Assembly: GCF_964355755.1 (NCBI RefSeq)
Contig: NC_092680.1
Span: 17,431,045 to 17,495,044 of the forward strand
Length of the DNA stretch: 64,000 nucleotides
Direction: 5' to 3'
DNA from: Antedon mediterranea
Lineage: Eukaryota > Animalia > Echinodermata
Shown: positions 26,250 to 40,813 of the stretch, piece after piece
Numbering within the stretch: position 1 is the first letter of the stretch
Layout of the letters: each line of letters opens with the position of its first letter
Notes under the pieces: generated by a model
The model's database searches: none
Told to the model about the DNA's origin: nothing
What the model saw: only the letters and a program-made list of their open reading frames with translations
Position numbers and translations under genes: made by a program

Positions 26250-27527
26250 ATGAAATATAAATGTGAACACTGTGGAGATAAATTTGAGTTCATTGATTTG
26301 AAGGTGCATTTAGGAATACATCTAACATGGACTGTGGAAGAGTTGAAATGTGAATATGGGATAAAATTTAAAGAAAGTGGGAATTTGAAAAGTCATTTGA
26401 TAATACACCCAGGAGAGACACCCTTTGAATGTGAACATTGTGGGAAGAAATTTAAAGGATGTGACTCTTTGAAAAGTCATTTGAGAATACACCCAGGAGA
26501 GACACCCTTTGAATGTGAACATTGTGGGAAGAAATTTAAAGGATGTGGCTCTTTGAAAAGTCATTTGATAATACACACAGGAGAGACACCATATAAATGT
26601 GAACATTGTGGGAAAAATTTTAAAAGAAGTTGCCATTTGAAAAGACATTTGACAATACACACAGGGGAGACACCATATGAATGTGAATATTGTGGAAAGA
26701 AATTTAAGCAAAATGGGAATTTGAAAAGTCATTTAAGAATACACACAGATACACCTTATGAATGTAAACATTGTGGAAAGAAATTTAAAGAAAGTGGCTC
26801 TTTAAAAAGTCATTTGAGAATACACACAGGAGAGACACCTTATAAATGTGAACATTGTGGGAAGAAATTTAAAGGATATGGGTTTTTGAAAAAACATTTG
26901 AGAATACACACAGGAGAGAAACCATATGAATGTGAACATTGTGGGAAGAAATTTAATGGAAGTGGATCTTTGACCAATCATTTGAAAATACACACAAGAG
27001 AGACACCATGTGAATGTGAATGTGAACATTGTGAGAAAAAATTTAAAACAAGTGAGCATTTGAAAAGACATTTGATAACACACACAAGAGAGACACCCCA
27101 TGAATGTGAACATTGTGGGAAGAAATATAAAAGAATTGAGCATTTGAAAAGACATTTGAGAAAACACACAGGAGAGACAACATATGAATGTGAAAATTGT
27201 GGGAAGAAATTTACTGAAAAAGGATCTTTGAAAAATCATTTGAGAATACACACAGGAGAAACACCTTATGAATGTGAACATTGTGGAAGAAAATTTAAAG
27301 AAAGTGGGTCCTTGAAAAAACATTTGAGAATACACACAGGAGAAACACCCTATGAATGTGAACATTGTGGGAAGAAATTTAAAAGAAGTGATCATTTGAA
27401 AATTCATTTAAGAAAACACACAGGAGAGACACCATATGAATGTGAACATTGTGGGAAAACATTTAAACAAAGTGGGTCTTTGAAAATTCATTTGAGAATA
27501 CACACAGGAGAGACACAACAATTATGA
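26250..27527 (+). CDS. Tandem C2H2 zinc-finger protein ZNF1 (13 canonical plus 2 atypical N-terminal fingers, no effector domain)
   Basis: 425-aa ORF of CxxC-12-HxxxH repeats with TGETPY linkers; in-frame TAA two codons upstream of the ATG. Confidence 0.88.
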   Translation: MKYKCEHCGDKFEFIDLKVHLGIHLTWTVEELKCEYGIKFKESGNLKSHLIIHPGETPFECEHCGKKFKGCDSLKSHLRIHPGETPFECEHCGKKFKGCGSLKSHLIIHTGETPYKCEHCGKNFKRSCHLKRHLTIHTGETPYECEYCGKKFKQNGNLKSHLRIHTDTPYECKHCGKKFKESGSLKSHLRIHTGETPYKCEHCGKKFKGYGFLKKHLRIHTGEKPYECEHCGKKFNGSGSLTNHLKIHTRETPCECECEHCEKKFKTSEHLKRHLITHTRETPHECEHCGKKYKRIEHLKRHLRKHTGETTYECENCGKKFTEKGSLKNHLRIHTGETPYECEHCGRKFKESGSLKKHLRIHTGETPYECEHCGKKFKRSDHLKIHLRKHTGETPYECEHCGKTFKQSGSLKIHLRIHTGETQQL

Positions 27528-28490
<963 letters not shown>

Positions 28491-28491
28491 C

Positions 28492-29105
28492 ACAAAGTTT
28501 TTAATGTTAGCTGTTATGTCACAATGTTTTCTTTCTGTGCCGGCAGGCGGACACAAGTTCGTTACGTTTGTTTAATGTCGAAAATTCAGGGTGGTGGATG
28601 ATAAATAACTTCTTTTTGAGGCAGAGGTTGCATTTTTTGTTTGCGCTACTATATGCTGCTTTAGTAGATGCCAAGGTGCACCATGAGATTGAATAGTCTG
28701 TGTTGTCCTTGAGTGTCCAAATATGTTTCGGTTGAGTTTCTAGAACGTGTATGACTGACTGAATGATGAGGTGTGATTTCTGTATTGTGTTTTAAAGTCA
28801 TTTTCAGTGAGTCCGATATATAGGTTTCCGAGGTGGATTTGTCTTTGCGTGTAACTGTGGCTTGGTATATTACAGATGATTGTAGGCATTTGTTTTTCTG
28901 TCGGCAGTTGCATGTTTTGTTTTCTTGCATGTTTTCCACGGATGTTGTTTCGGGCTGGTTGAGTATTCTCTTGTTGTGATCGTCTATCTGTTTCATATTG
29001 TTCATACAACTGTAGATAATCTTGATTGATTTCCTTAGTTTGTTATATTTTGGAAAATGTTTGTCCACTAGGGATAGGAATTTCTGTCTAATAATCTATT
29101 TGCAT
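28492..29105 (-). mobile_element. Penelope-like element remnant (GIY-YIG endonuclease region)
   Basis: Frameshifted peptides DKHFP...IIYSCMNNMKQI..HN, CNCR, VIYQATV...[41 protein letters not shown]. Confidence 0.85.
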
Positions 29106-30603
29106 AAAAGTGGTTACTATACGCGCGCCATAGTAAACATCGTCTCTGTCTGTTTCGAGACTAATTTAAAAGCCGGCTTTGTACAAAATACTTTCAACTT
29201 TTTCTTATATTTAAAAAAATGTAATTACACATTTTATGGTGAAATATCGACGTGCACAGTGTACAGAAGTACTTGCGGCAAAGAGTATTGCGCTCGCGTA
29301 CGCTAGTACATTATAACGTTCGATTGATTGATTTTGGAACAAAACATCCTATAACAATTATGTAATATTTTCAATTCATGATGTATACTTTGATGACTAA
29401 ATAAAATAATAAAGTGTCGTGGATATAGTTAATATACTGAAAAGGGTATGAACAATATTAAAAATAATAAAGGCAAATTATTACAAATGAAATGATGAAC
29501 GAGTCTCTGAATGTTAATAACGTTGGCGGCGCAGTTTGTGTAAAAAACACACAGAAAGCCATAATATACTGCATAAAAAGAGGGGTGAATTTGTGTCTTT
29601 TTTGTATTGGTTCATTCTTTGATGTATCCTAACTTCCATGTAGGCCCTAGCATTTATTTTTTTGTTATTATAAAAAATATATATATATTTTAACAAATCA
29701 ATACCATTAATAATATTAATTACTAAAATAAAAACGGAATCTAAGCGTTATTTCATAGACAACAATCTAAAAATAATGCATGGAACTACAGGAAAACGCT
29801 ATACAAAAGAGACGCGCGTGCCCTCAGCGTGCGAATTCTTTGACACAAAAATGGCTTCTAATCTTCAATGTCGTAACTCTTTATTATTTATGGCTCTGCT
29901 GTAAAATGGCGTCGCCCAGTTTGACCTTTTAACCCTGTACTTCCGACCGATACTGTGTTTTGAATGCAAACAAAGAATATATATCACAAGTCAAGAATGA
30001 TATCCGCGATTTTCCCTGTAACACTAAAAAACTTCATTACTTTCCACGGAGTTTTCAATGATTGGTGAATGATCAGTCTGAGTTATGATAAGCAAATTGT
30101 GAACCCCTATTGGTTTGTGTTACTGGATGTACTATGATGGCCATTGAAAGACTGATTTGTGGACTATGATTTATTTTTAGTATTACTTGTTTGGACTGTG
30201 TTATACTATGTGTTTACATATTTACTATTATATTTATGTCAACTTCATCACTGCTTACTTGATGCAATAAAGGAAATAAATAAATAATAGGCCAGTGCTG
30301 AGTAACGATTTGTTGATTTTGGTGTTGCTGTGTTAGGCCTTTTTTGTGAACTAATTTAGCATGTTAGTAAATAATTGTCTGTAAAAGTGAATGTACACTA
30401 GTTTGTTAATAAATATGTATTATAAAATAGTTTACAATTGCGAAATATATTATCATAATTCTATTTAATGTGACATGTATAATATCTATTAAATCAAGTC
30501 TTATTTAGTATGTATACATCCGCCCTTATGAGGGCGGGCATCACTCACTGGAGCTCTCTGTTACAAATTTCTCATGCAAAAATCGCGGAATTCTCATTCT
30601 TGT

Positions 30604-33600
30604 GAGGTATATTCAGAGCGTCATTTCGACGATCGAGCATTCTCTACTTCTACGGAGCGCCATTTATGCCTTTATTTACTTCCGAATTAGAAATAGTACT
30701 ACGGTAACTGCTCCAGTGGACCAAATTCAGCACCGGTGGAGCACAGTGATATAAAATAGAAATAAGTCACTAATTTTAATATCTTTTCGTATGTAAATAC
30801 ACTTCTCAAGTGGACACAATTTGGCGCCAGTGAGGAGCACAGTGATACAAAATAGAAATAAGTCACTGAATTTTAATATTATTTCGTATGTTAATAACAC
30901 TGTGCTCAAGTGGACCCAATTTGGAGCCAGGGGAGCACAATAATAGAAATAAATCACTGAATTTTAATATCTTTTCGTATGTTAATACACTGTGCTCAAG
31001 TGGACCCAATTTGGAGCCAGGAGAGCACAGTGATATAAAATAGAAATAAGTCAATGATTTTTAGTATCTTTTCGTATGTTAATACACTGTGCTCAAGTGG
31101 ACCCAATTTGGAGCCAGGGGAGCACAGGAAGAGTGATATAAAATAGAAATAAGTCACTGAATTTTAATATCTTTTCGTATGTTAATACACTGTTCTCAAG
31201 TGGACCCAATTTGGAGCCAGTGGAGCACAGTGATATAAAATATAAAAAAGTCACTGAATTTTAATATCTTTTCGTATGTTAATACACCGTGCTCAAAACA
31301 TACAATTCCGACACATATTATGTTAAACTCTAATAATGATTTTGACAAAAAAAAAAAAAAAAAACGGTTAGGAATTCGATTTTTTCCCTGTAAATTGAGC
31401 AACTTAAATTAAAAATATACCAAGAAATATATATTGAAATCAAGGAGTATTTTTTTTTACAAAAGAAATGCTCGTATGTTAATACACTGTGCTCCAGTGG
31501 ATCCAATTTGGCGACAGTGGAGCACAGGGAAATAGTCACATACAAAAACTTCTAGAAAAAATATTTATCGAATTCAAAAATATTTCAAACTTGGTATATA
31601 AGTTAAATATCGGTTACTCCATCCGTAATGCAAAAGAAAAATTAGTTTCAAGCCAGTGATTTTAATAACTTGCGTTTGTCTAAGATAAATACTTATGAAA
31701 GAACATACAATTCCAACACATTTTTTTAAACTTTAGCCATTAAAAAAAAGACATTATGTTAAAAATATGAATTATGTAGTAACATATTGAACGTGTAGTA
31801 ACCTATTGAACGTATACTACCAAATTTCAAATGTGTAGGACAATTATTTTATGACGATCAAAATTTAAAGTTTAAAAAATGTGTTTTGGAATTCTATGTT
31901 CTATCATAAATATACATTTTAAACGAACGAAAATTACTAAAATCACTGATATGGCTTGAAACTAATTTTTCTTTTGCATTACGGATGGAGTAACCGATAT
32001 TGAACTTATATACCAAGTTTGATATTTTTGAATTCGATAAATATTTTTTCTAGAAGTTTTTGTATGTGACTATTTCCCTGTGCTCCACTGGCGCCAAATT
32101 GGGTCCACTTGAGCACAGTGTATTAAAATACGAAAAGATATCATAATTTAGTGACTTTTTTCTATTTTATATCACTGTGTGCTCACTGGCGCGGCGCGCG
32201 CGCCATATTGGGTCCACGTGAGCACAGTGTATTAACATACGAAAAGATATTAAAATTCAGTGACTTATTTCTATTTTATATCATTGTGCTCCACTGGCGC
32301 CAAATTAGGTCCACTTGAGCACAGTGTATTAACATACGAAAAGATATTAACATTCAGTGACTTATTTCTATTTTATATCACTGTGCTCCACTGGCTCCAA
32401 ATTGGGTCCACTTGAGCACGGTGTATTAACATACGAAAAGATATTAAAATTCAGTGACTTTTTTCTATTTTATATCACTGTGCTCCACTGGCTCCAAATT
32501 GGGTCCACTTGACTACGGTGTATTAACATACGAAAAGATATTAAAATTCAGTGACTTATTTCTATTTTATATCACAGTGCTCCACTGGCTCCAAATCGGG
32601 TCCACTTGAGCATAGTGTATATTAAATACGAAAAGATATTAAAATTCAGTGACTTTTTCCATTTTATATCACTGTGCTCCACTGGCGCCAAATTGGGTCC
32701 ACTTGAGCACAGTGTATTAACATACGAAAATATATTAACATTCAATGACTTATTTCTATTTTATATCACTGTGCTCCACTGGCTCCAAATCGGGTCCACT
32801 TGAGCATAGTGTATATTAAATACGAAAAGATATTAAAATTCAGTGACTTTTTCCATTTTATATCACTGTGCTCCACTGGCGCCAAATTGGGTCCACTTGA
32901 GCACAGTGTATTAACATACAAAAAGATATTAAAATTCAGTGACTTTTTTTTATTTTATATCACTGTGCTCCACTGGCTCCAAATTGGGTCCACTTGAGCA
33001 CAGTGTATTAACATACGAAAAGATATTAAAATTCAGTGACTTTTTTCTATTTTATATCACTGTGCTCCACTGGCTCCAAATTGTGTCCACTTGAGCACAG
33101 TGTATTAACATACGAAAAGATATTACAATTTAGTGACTTATTTCTATTTTATATCACTGTGCTCCACTGGCTCCAAATTGGGTCCACTTGAGCACAGTGT
33201 ATTAACATACGAAAAGATATTAAAATTCAGTGACTTATTTCTATTTTATATCACTGTGCCCCACTGGCTCCAAATCGGGTCCACTTGAGCATAGTGTATA
33301 TTAAATACGAAAAGATATTAAAATTCAGTGACTTTTTCCATTTTATATCACTGTGCTCCACTGGCGCCAAATTGGGTCCACTTGAGCACAGTGTATTAAC
33401 ATACAAAAAGATATTAAAATTCAGTGACTTTTTTTTATTTTATATCACTGTGCTCCACTGGCTCCAAATTGGGTCCACTTGAGCACAGTGTATTAACATA
33501 CGAAAAGATATTAAAATTCAGTGACTTTTTTCTATTTTATATCACTGTGCTCCACTGGCTCCAAATTGTGTCCACTTGAGCACAGTGTATTAACATACGA

Positions 33601-35525
33601 AAAGATATTACAATTTAGTGACTTATTTCTATTTTATATCACTGTGCTCCACTGGCTCCAAATTGGGTCCACTTGAGCACAGTGTATTAACATACAAAAA
33701 GATATTAAAATTCAGTGACTTTTTTTTATTTTATATCACTGTGCTCCACTGGCTCCAAATTGGGTCCACTTGAGCACAGTGTATTAACATACGAAAAGAT
33801 ATTAAAATTCAGTGACTTTTTTCTATTTTATATCACTGTGCTCCACTGGCTCCAAATTGTGTCCACTTGAGCACAGTGTATTAACATACGAAAAGATATT
33901 ACAATTTAGTGACTTATTTCTATTTTATATCACTGTGCTCCACTGGCTCCAAATTGGGTCCACTTGAGCACAGTGTATTAACATACGAAAAGATATTAAA
34001 ATTCAGTGACTTATTTCTATTTTATATCACTGTGCTCCCCTAGCTCCAAATTGGGTTGGGTCCACTTGAGCACAGTGTATTAACATACGAAAAGATATTA
34101 AAATTCAGTGACTTATTTCTATTTTATATCACTGTGCTCCCCTAGCTCCAAATTGGGTTGGGTCCACTTGAGCACAGTGTATTAACATACGAAAAGATAT
34201 TAAAATTCAGTGACTTATTTCTATTTTATATCACTGTGCTCCCCTGGCTCCAAATTGGGTCCACTTGAGCACAGTGTATTAACATACGAAAAGATATTAA
34301 AATTTAGTGACTTTTTTCTATTTTATATTACTGTGCTCACTGGCGCGCGCGCCAACTTGGGTCCACGTAAGCACAGTGTATTAACATACGAAAAGATATT
34401 AAAATTCAGTGACTTATTTCTATTTTATATCACTGTGCTCCCCTGGCTCCAAATTGGGTCCACTTGAGCACAGTGTATTAACATACGAAAAGATATTAAA
34501 ATTTAGTGACTTTTTTCTATTTTATATTACTGTGCTCACTGGCGCGCGCGCCAACTTGGGTCCACGTAAGCACAGTGTATTAACATACGAAAAGATATTA
34601 AAATTCAATGACTTATTTATATTTTATATCACAGTGCTCCCCTGGCTCCAAATCGGGTCCACTTGAGCATAGTGTATATTAAATACGAAAAGATATTAAA
34701 ATTCAGTGACTTTTTCCATTTTATATCACTGTGCTCCACTGGCGCCAAATTGGGTCCACTTGAGCACAGTGTATTAACATACGAAAATATATTAACATTC
34801 AATGACTTCTATTTTATATCACTGTGCTCTCCTGGCGCCAAATTGGGTCCACTTGATCACAGTGTATTAACATACAAAAAGATATTAAAATTCAGTGACT
34901 TTTTTCTATTTTATATCACTGTGCTCCACTGGCTCCAAATTGGGTCCACTTGAGCACAGTGTATTAACATACGAAAAGATATTAAAATTCAGTGACTTTT
35001 TTCTATTTTATATCACTGTGCTCGTCTGGCTCCAAACTGTGTCCACTTGAGCACAGTGTATTAACATACGAAAAGATATTAAAATTTAGTGACTTATTTC
35101 TATTTTATATCACTGTGCTCCACTGGCTCCAAATTGGGTTCACTTGAGCACAGTGTATTAACATAGGAAAAGATATTAAAATTCAGTGACTTATTTCTAT
35201 TTTATATCACTGTGCTTCCCTGGCTCCAAATTGGGTCCACTTGAGCACAGTGTATTAACATACGAAAAGATATTAAAATTCAGTGACAATTATTTCTATT
35301 TTATATCACTGTGCTCCTCACTGGCGCCAAATTGTGTCCACTTGAGCACAGTGTATTAACATACGAAAAGAATATTAAAATTAGTGACTTATTTCTATTT
35401 TATATCACTAGTGCTAAATTTGGTCCACTGGAGCAGCTACATTTCGTAAGTAAATAAAGGCATAAATGGCGCTCCGTAGAAGTAGAGAATGCTCGATCGT
35501 CGAAATGACGCTCTGAATATACCTC
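30604..35525. mobile_element. Foldback DNA transposon FB-1 (long TIRs made of 97-bp tandem repeats, no transposase)
   Basis: Termini GAGGTATATTCAGAGCGTCATTTCGACGATCGAGC... and their reverse complement; TSD TTCTTGT at 30597-30603 and 35526-35532; about 7 repeat units in the left arm and about 34 in the right arm, in opposite orientation; unique core at about 31730-31870. Confidence 0.92.
32075..35435. repeat. 97-bp tandem array (right arm of FB-1)
   Basis: Unit TTGAGCACAGTGTATTAACATACGAAAAGATATTAAAATTCAGTGACTTATTTCTATTTTATATCACTGTGCTCCACTGGCTCCAAATTGGGTCCAC. Confidence 0.95.
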
Positions 35526-36067
35526 TTCTTGTGATATACTGTATATATTCTTTGATGCAAATTGAAGAAAATTCTTGTGTTAAGTTCTTTGATTGGAACA
35601 TTAACAAATATCTTCGATCGAAGTTTATTTTACATAAAGATGCTTGAATTTTGAATGTGTTTATGCATTGCGCGCGATCCATGATAAGCAGAGAGATGTT
35701 TGAAAATGTCTAAATGTATTATTATTAGGCCCTCTTTCCCTCTCTAGGCCTAGAATAGATAGCTAGTAGTAGGCTAGAGTAGAGGCCTATCATCATCATC
35801 ATCTGACTTTCGGAATTTTTGCAAGTTCGAGAAGAGGCATTTATTGGGACCGCGGTGGTGGAAGCGTACAAGAGAGGCTTCGGTCTAAGCCAAGGTAGCC
35901 TAGCTAGGCTAGACAAGATTTATTGTTTAAAAATGAGAGGCGTTTTGGTTTTGACATTCAGTATACTATAAATAGAAATTTTACGTACACGTAATTTAAA
36001 TACACTAAGTTAAAAAAAAATTTGGGTTGAGGCAAAAAACCAACATTAACAATATCATTCATAAATT

Positions 36068-37427
<1,360 letters not shown>

Positions 37428-37666
37428 TGAATGTGAACATTGTGGAAAAAAATTTAAAGAACGTGGATCTTTTAAAAAACATTTGCGAATACACACAGGA
37501 CACCATAATATGAATGTGAACATTGTGAAAAGAAACTTAAGAATAAAGAGTGTTTAAAAAAAACATTTGAGAATACACATAGGAGAGACACCATATGAAT
37601 GTGAACATTGTGGGAAGAAATGTCAACAACGTGGATCTTTGAAAAGTCATTTGAGAATACTATTTC

Positions 37667-38290
37667 AAGAATGTATCTGTATATGGATACAAATACAAGG
37701 TTCTGTGTAAAATGTACCGAAATACATTACAATGTATGAATGTAAAATGCTATCTTTAAACTGTTCTTGTTATCAACCATATTGCTTGGAAAAGTATTAC
37801 TGTATATATACAAATATACAAAATACAAATATACAAAACTGCTTTAAAAAAGCATGTATAGCATGTGTAGCATTGATTATAAAAAAGTCTAAAAAAATGT
37901 ATAATTGTTAAGATCTACACTATCACACTTTGTGACAAAAAATGTGATGTGCGTTGTGCCCATATATGGACATGATAAGGTCCTGCCACTGCCATATTTT
38001 GGCACATCAGTTTTTTTATATTGTAGACAGAGAGCTTTACAGGAATAGAAATTTGCATTAATATTAAATCAAAACAATTATGATCAAAGTATGTTTCATT
38101 GACCAAGTTTCTGCAGCATAACTATATAATAACAAGCTGAGATCTAATTGTTTACCTTTATTTTGTTAAAAATCTTGAATGTTAACGTCATGGTCAAAAG
38201 GTAAAAGTTTTACCAATATTTCGTTTTTTTAAAATATCTGGTGAAACTGTGATTCATTTTCACTGAACTTAAAAAAAAACTAAATAATCT
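37667..38290 (+). repeat. Duplicated copy of the FERM gene 3' UTR/flank (source about 21530-22180)
   Basis: GTATATGGATACAAATACAAGGTTCTGTGT...CTGTGATTCATTTTCACTGAAC is shared, including the MITE-A copy. Confidence 0.9.
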
Positions 38291-38373
38291 GCTGCTAGTT
38301 AATGTACAGTAGTTATATTTATAAATATATAAAAAAAAAAATCAACGCTACGAGTGGATTTGTATACAGTTTG

Positions 38374-38422
38374 GTCTCTACAGGCTTGTTTCGTGAGTCG
38401 TGCAACTCACTCATCAGGAGAC
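38374..38422 (-). ncRNA. Type I minimal hammerhead ribozyme of the Penelope-like element
   Basis: Minus strand GTCTC-CTGATGA-GTGAGT(TGCACG)ACTCAC-GAAA-CA(AGCC)TG-TA-GAGAC: stem I 5 bp, stem II 6 bp, short stem III, GUA cleavage triplet. Confidence 0.85.
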
Positions 38423-38794
38423 TATAATGAGAACCGTCAATTACAACGTTGCTTATAAGCACATTTTTTAATGTTAGCTGTTATGTAACAATGTTTTCTT
38501 TCTGTGCCGGTAGGCGGACACAAGTTCGTTACGTTTGTTTAATGTCGATAATTCAGGGTGGTGGATGATAAATAACTTCTCTTTGAGGCAGAGGCAGGTT
38601 GAATTTTTTGTTTGCGCTACTATATGCTTTAGTAGATGCCAAGGTGCGCCATGAGATTGAATAGTCTGTGTTGTCCTTGAGTGTCCAAATATGTTTACTG
38701 AGTTCGGTTGAGTTTCTAGAACGTGTATGACTGACTGAATGATGAGGTGTGATTTCTGTATCGTGTTTTAAAGTCATTTTCAGTGAGTCCGATA

Positions 38795-40435
38795 GAGTCG
38801 GGTTGGTGAACATCAGTCCAAAATACGCAGAATTTTTTCCAAAATACGTCAAGTTGAGGGTGCTATACTAATCCAAAATACGCGTGTCTTTCCAAAATAC
38901 GTCGACTTGAGGGTGCTATTCATTTTCCAAAATACGCGAATTGTCCAAAATACGTTAACTTGAGGGCGCTATTCATTTTCCAAAATACGCGATTTGTCCA
39001 AAATGTGCCCAACATCGCTTTCAATTTAATGTACTTATGGTCTAATACAAATCACCTAATCTGAAATCTAACATAATAGTTATTTCATATAATATATAAT
39101 AATAAAAAGAATATGGTATTGTAATTAAAATAATATCAATAATTAGTTAGAAGAAGTAAAGTAATTATTTTTTTACACGAAAACGGCAAAATACCCATAG
39201 TTAAAACAGTTAGTTAAAGTTCAAAATGGTTCGGCTAAGCGAGAGAGATCTAAATGTAACATTATTATGATCCTCAAACTGAACTATAATATCATCTTCA
39301 ATCTTGATGAAAAGTATAGTAATAATAATTAAAACCCATTAGTGTTAAAATGTTTAAAATAATATTAATATTTGGTTATATAAGTAGTAGGCTAAGTAAT
39401 CGTTTTTTACGCGAAAACGGCAAAATAAAAATGTTTTTATATTATGTTATATACATATGATTACCTTTACTTTAGGGTGTTTAATTGTTAAAAAATACCT
39501 GAAATGAAATGATGAATAGGCCTACGAGAAGGGGAAAAAAGAGGTGACTAGTTTAGAGTCACAACTGCACCTTAATTTTTCACAATAAATAATATATATA
39601 TATTATATATATAAGATGGGGCGTATCAATTTGATCTCTGGTGCGCGTGCATACAACTAAGGGACTAGTGCTTTTCCGCCGGACCACGCCGAGAATATAA
39701 AGAGTCGCTATCAGATCGGCTTTGAACTATACCATGAAAGCGCCAGTGGCCTAATGGTTAGCACATCTGCATATCAAGCAGAAGATCCTAACATACAACA
39801 AATATTGATATATTGCCAATGGACTACCATACTACAAGAACTATTATCTAATATGATACAAACTGAACTTAAAACTTACCAAAATGGTTCATCTTTTCAA
39901 TGTTGAAGATACAATCCTTTATAGTAATTTTTAAAACAGCCTCGCGTTTTGAAGGTTCGAATATTTTTTGGGAAAATTTGCGTATTTTGGAAAACTGTGC
40001 CTTCAATTTGGAGGGTATGTCGGATAACTTTCTTATTGTAGAAAATTAATAGCGCTACAAAAGTTGTTTTAAGTTGGATAACTCAAGTTGACGTATTTTG
40101 GAACGACTCGCGTATTTTGTATTTAGTATAGCGCCCTCAAGTTGACGTATTTTGGAAAAATTCTGTGTATTTTGGACTGATAGCGGATAATAGTTGGATA
40201 ATTTTCAAATTTTAGAAAAATAATAGTGGCCTCAAGTTGACGTATTTTGGAAAATTACTAACGCCCTCAAGTTGACGTATTTTGGACAAATCGCGTATTT
40301 TGGAAAATGAATAGCGCCCTCAAGTCGACGTATTTTGGAAAGACTCGCGTATTTTGGATTAGTATAGCGCCCTCAACTTGACGTATTTTGGAAAAAATTC
40401 TGCGTATTTTGGACTGAATTTCACCAACCCTATTG
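38795..40435. mobile_element. Non-autonomous TIR element with subterminal repeats and 8-bp TSD (hAT- or P-like)
   Basis: TSD GTCCGATA at 38787-38794 and 40436-40443; the empty site is visible at about 28810-28820; inverted arms of CCAAAATACGTCAA(C/G)TTGAGGG(C/T)GCTAT repeats; termini (GAGTC/CAATA)GGGTTGGTGAA. Confidence 0.88.
39740..39788 (+). pseudogene. Truncated tRNA-like fragment (SINE head or tRNA pseudogene)
   Basis: GCGCCAGTGGCCTAATGGTTAGCACATCTGCATATCAAGCAGAAGATCC: A box and anticodon stem TCTGC/GCAGA; T arm missing. Confidence 0.6.
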
Positions 40436-40813
40436 GTCCGATATAGGTTTCCGAGGTGGATTTGTCTTTGCGTGTAACTGTGGCTTGATATTACAGATGA
40501 TTGTAGGCATTTGTTTTTCTGTCGGCAGTTGCATGTTTTGTTTTCTTGCATTTTTTCCACGGATGTTGTTTCGGGCTGGTTGAGTATTCTCTTGTTGTGA
40601 TCGACTGTCTATTATCTGTTTCATATTGTTCATACAACTGTAGATAATCTTGATTGATTTCCTTAGTTTGTTATATTTTGGAAAATGTTTGTCCACTAGG
40701 GATAGGAATTTCTGTCTGTAATAATCTATTTGCATAAAAGTGGTTACTATACGCGCGCCATAGTAAACATCGTCTCTGTCTGTTTCGAGACTAATTTAAA
40801 AGCCGGCTTTGTA

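Larger units (their letters stand above)
38345..40735 (-). mobile_element. Second Penelope-like remnant, split by an insertion at 38795-40435
   Basis: Near-identical to 28495-29105 and extends further 3' into the terminal region containing the hammerhead. Confidence 0.85.

Noticed and set aside
39740-39788. Functional tRNA gene
   Set aside because: T arm and 3' acceptor strand are missing, and it lies inside a transposon
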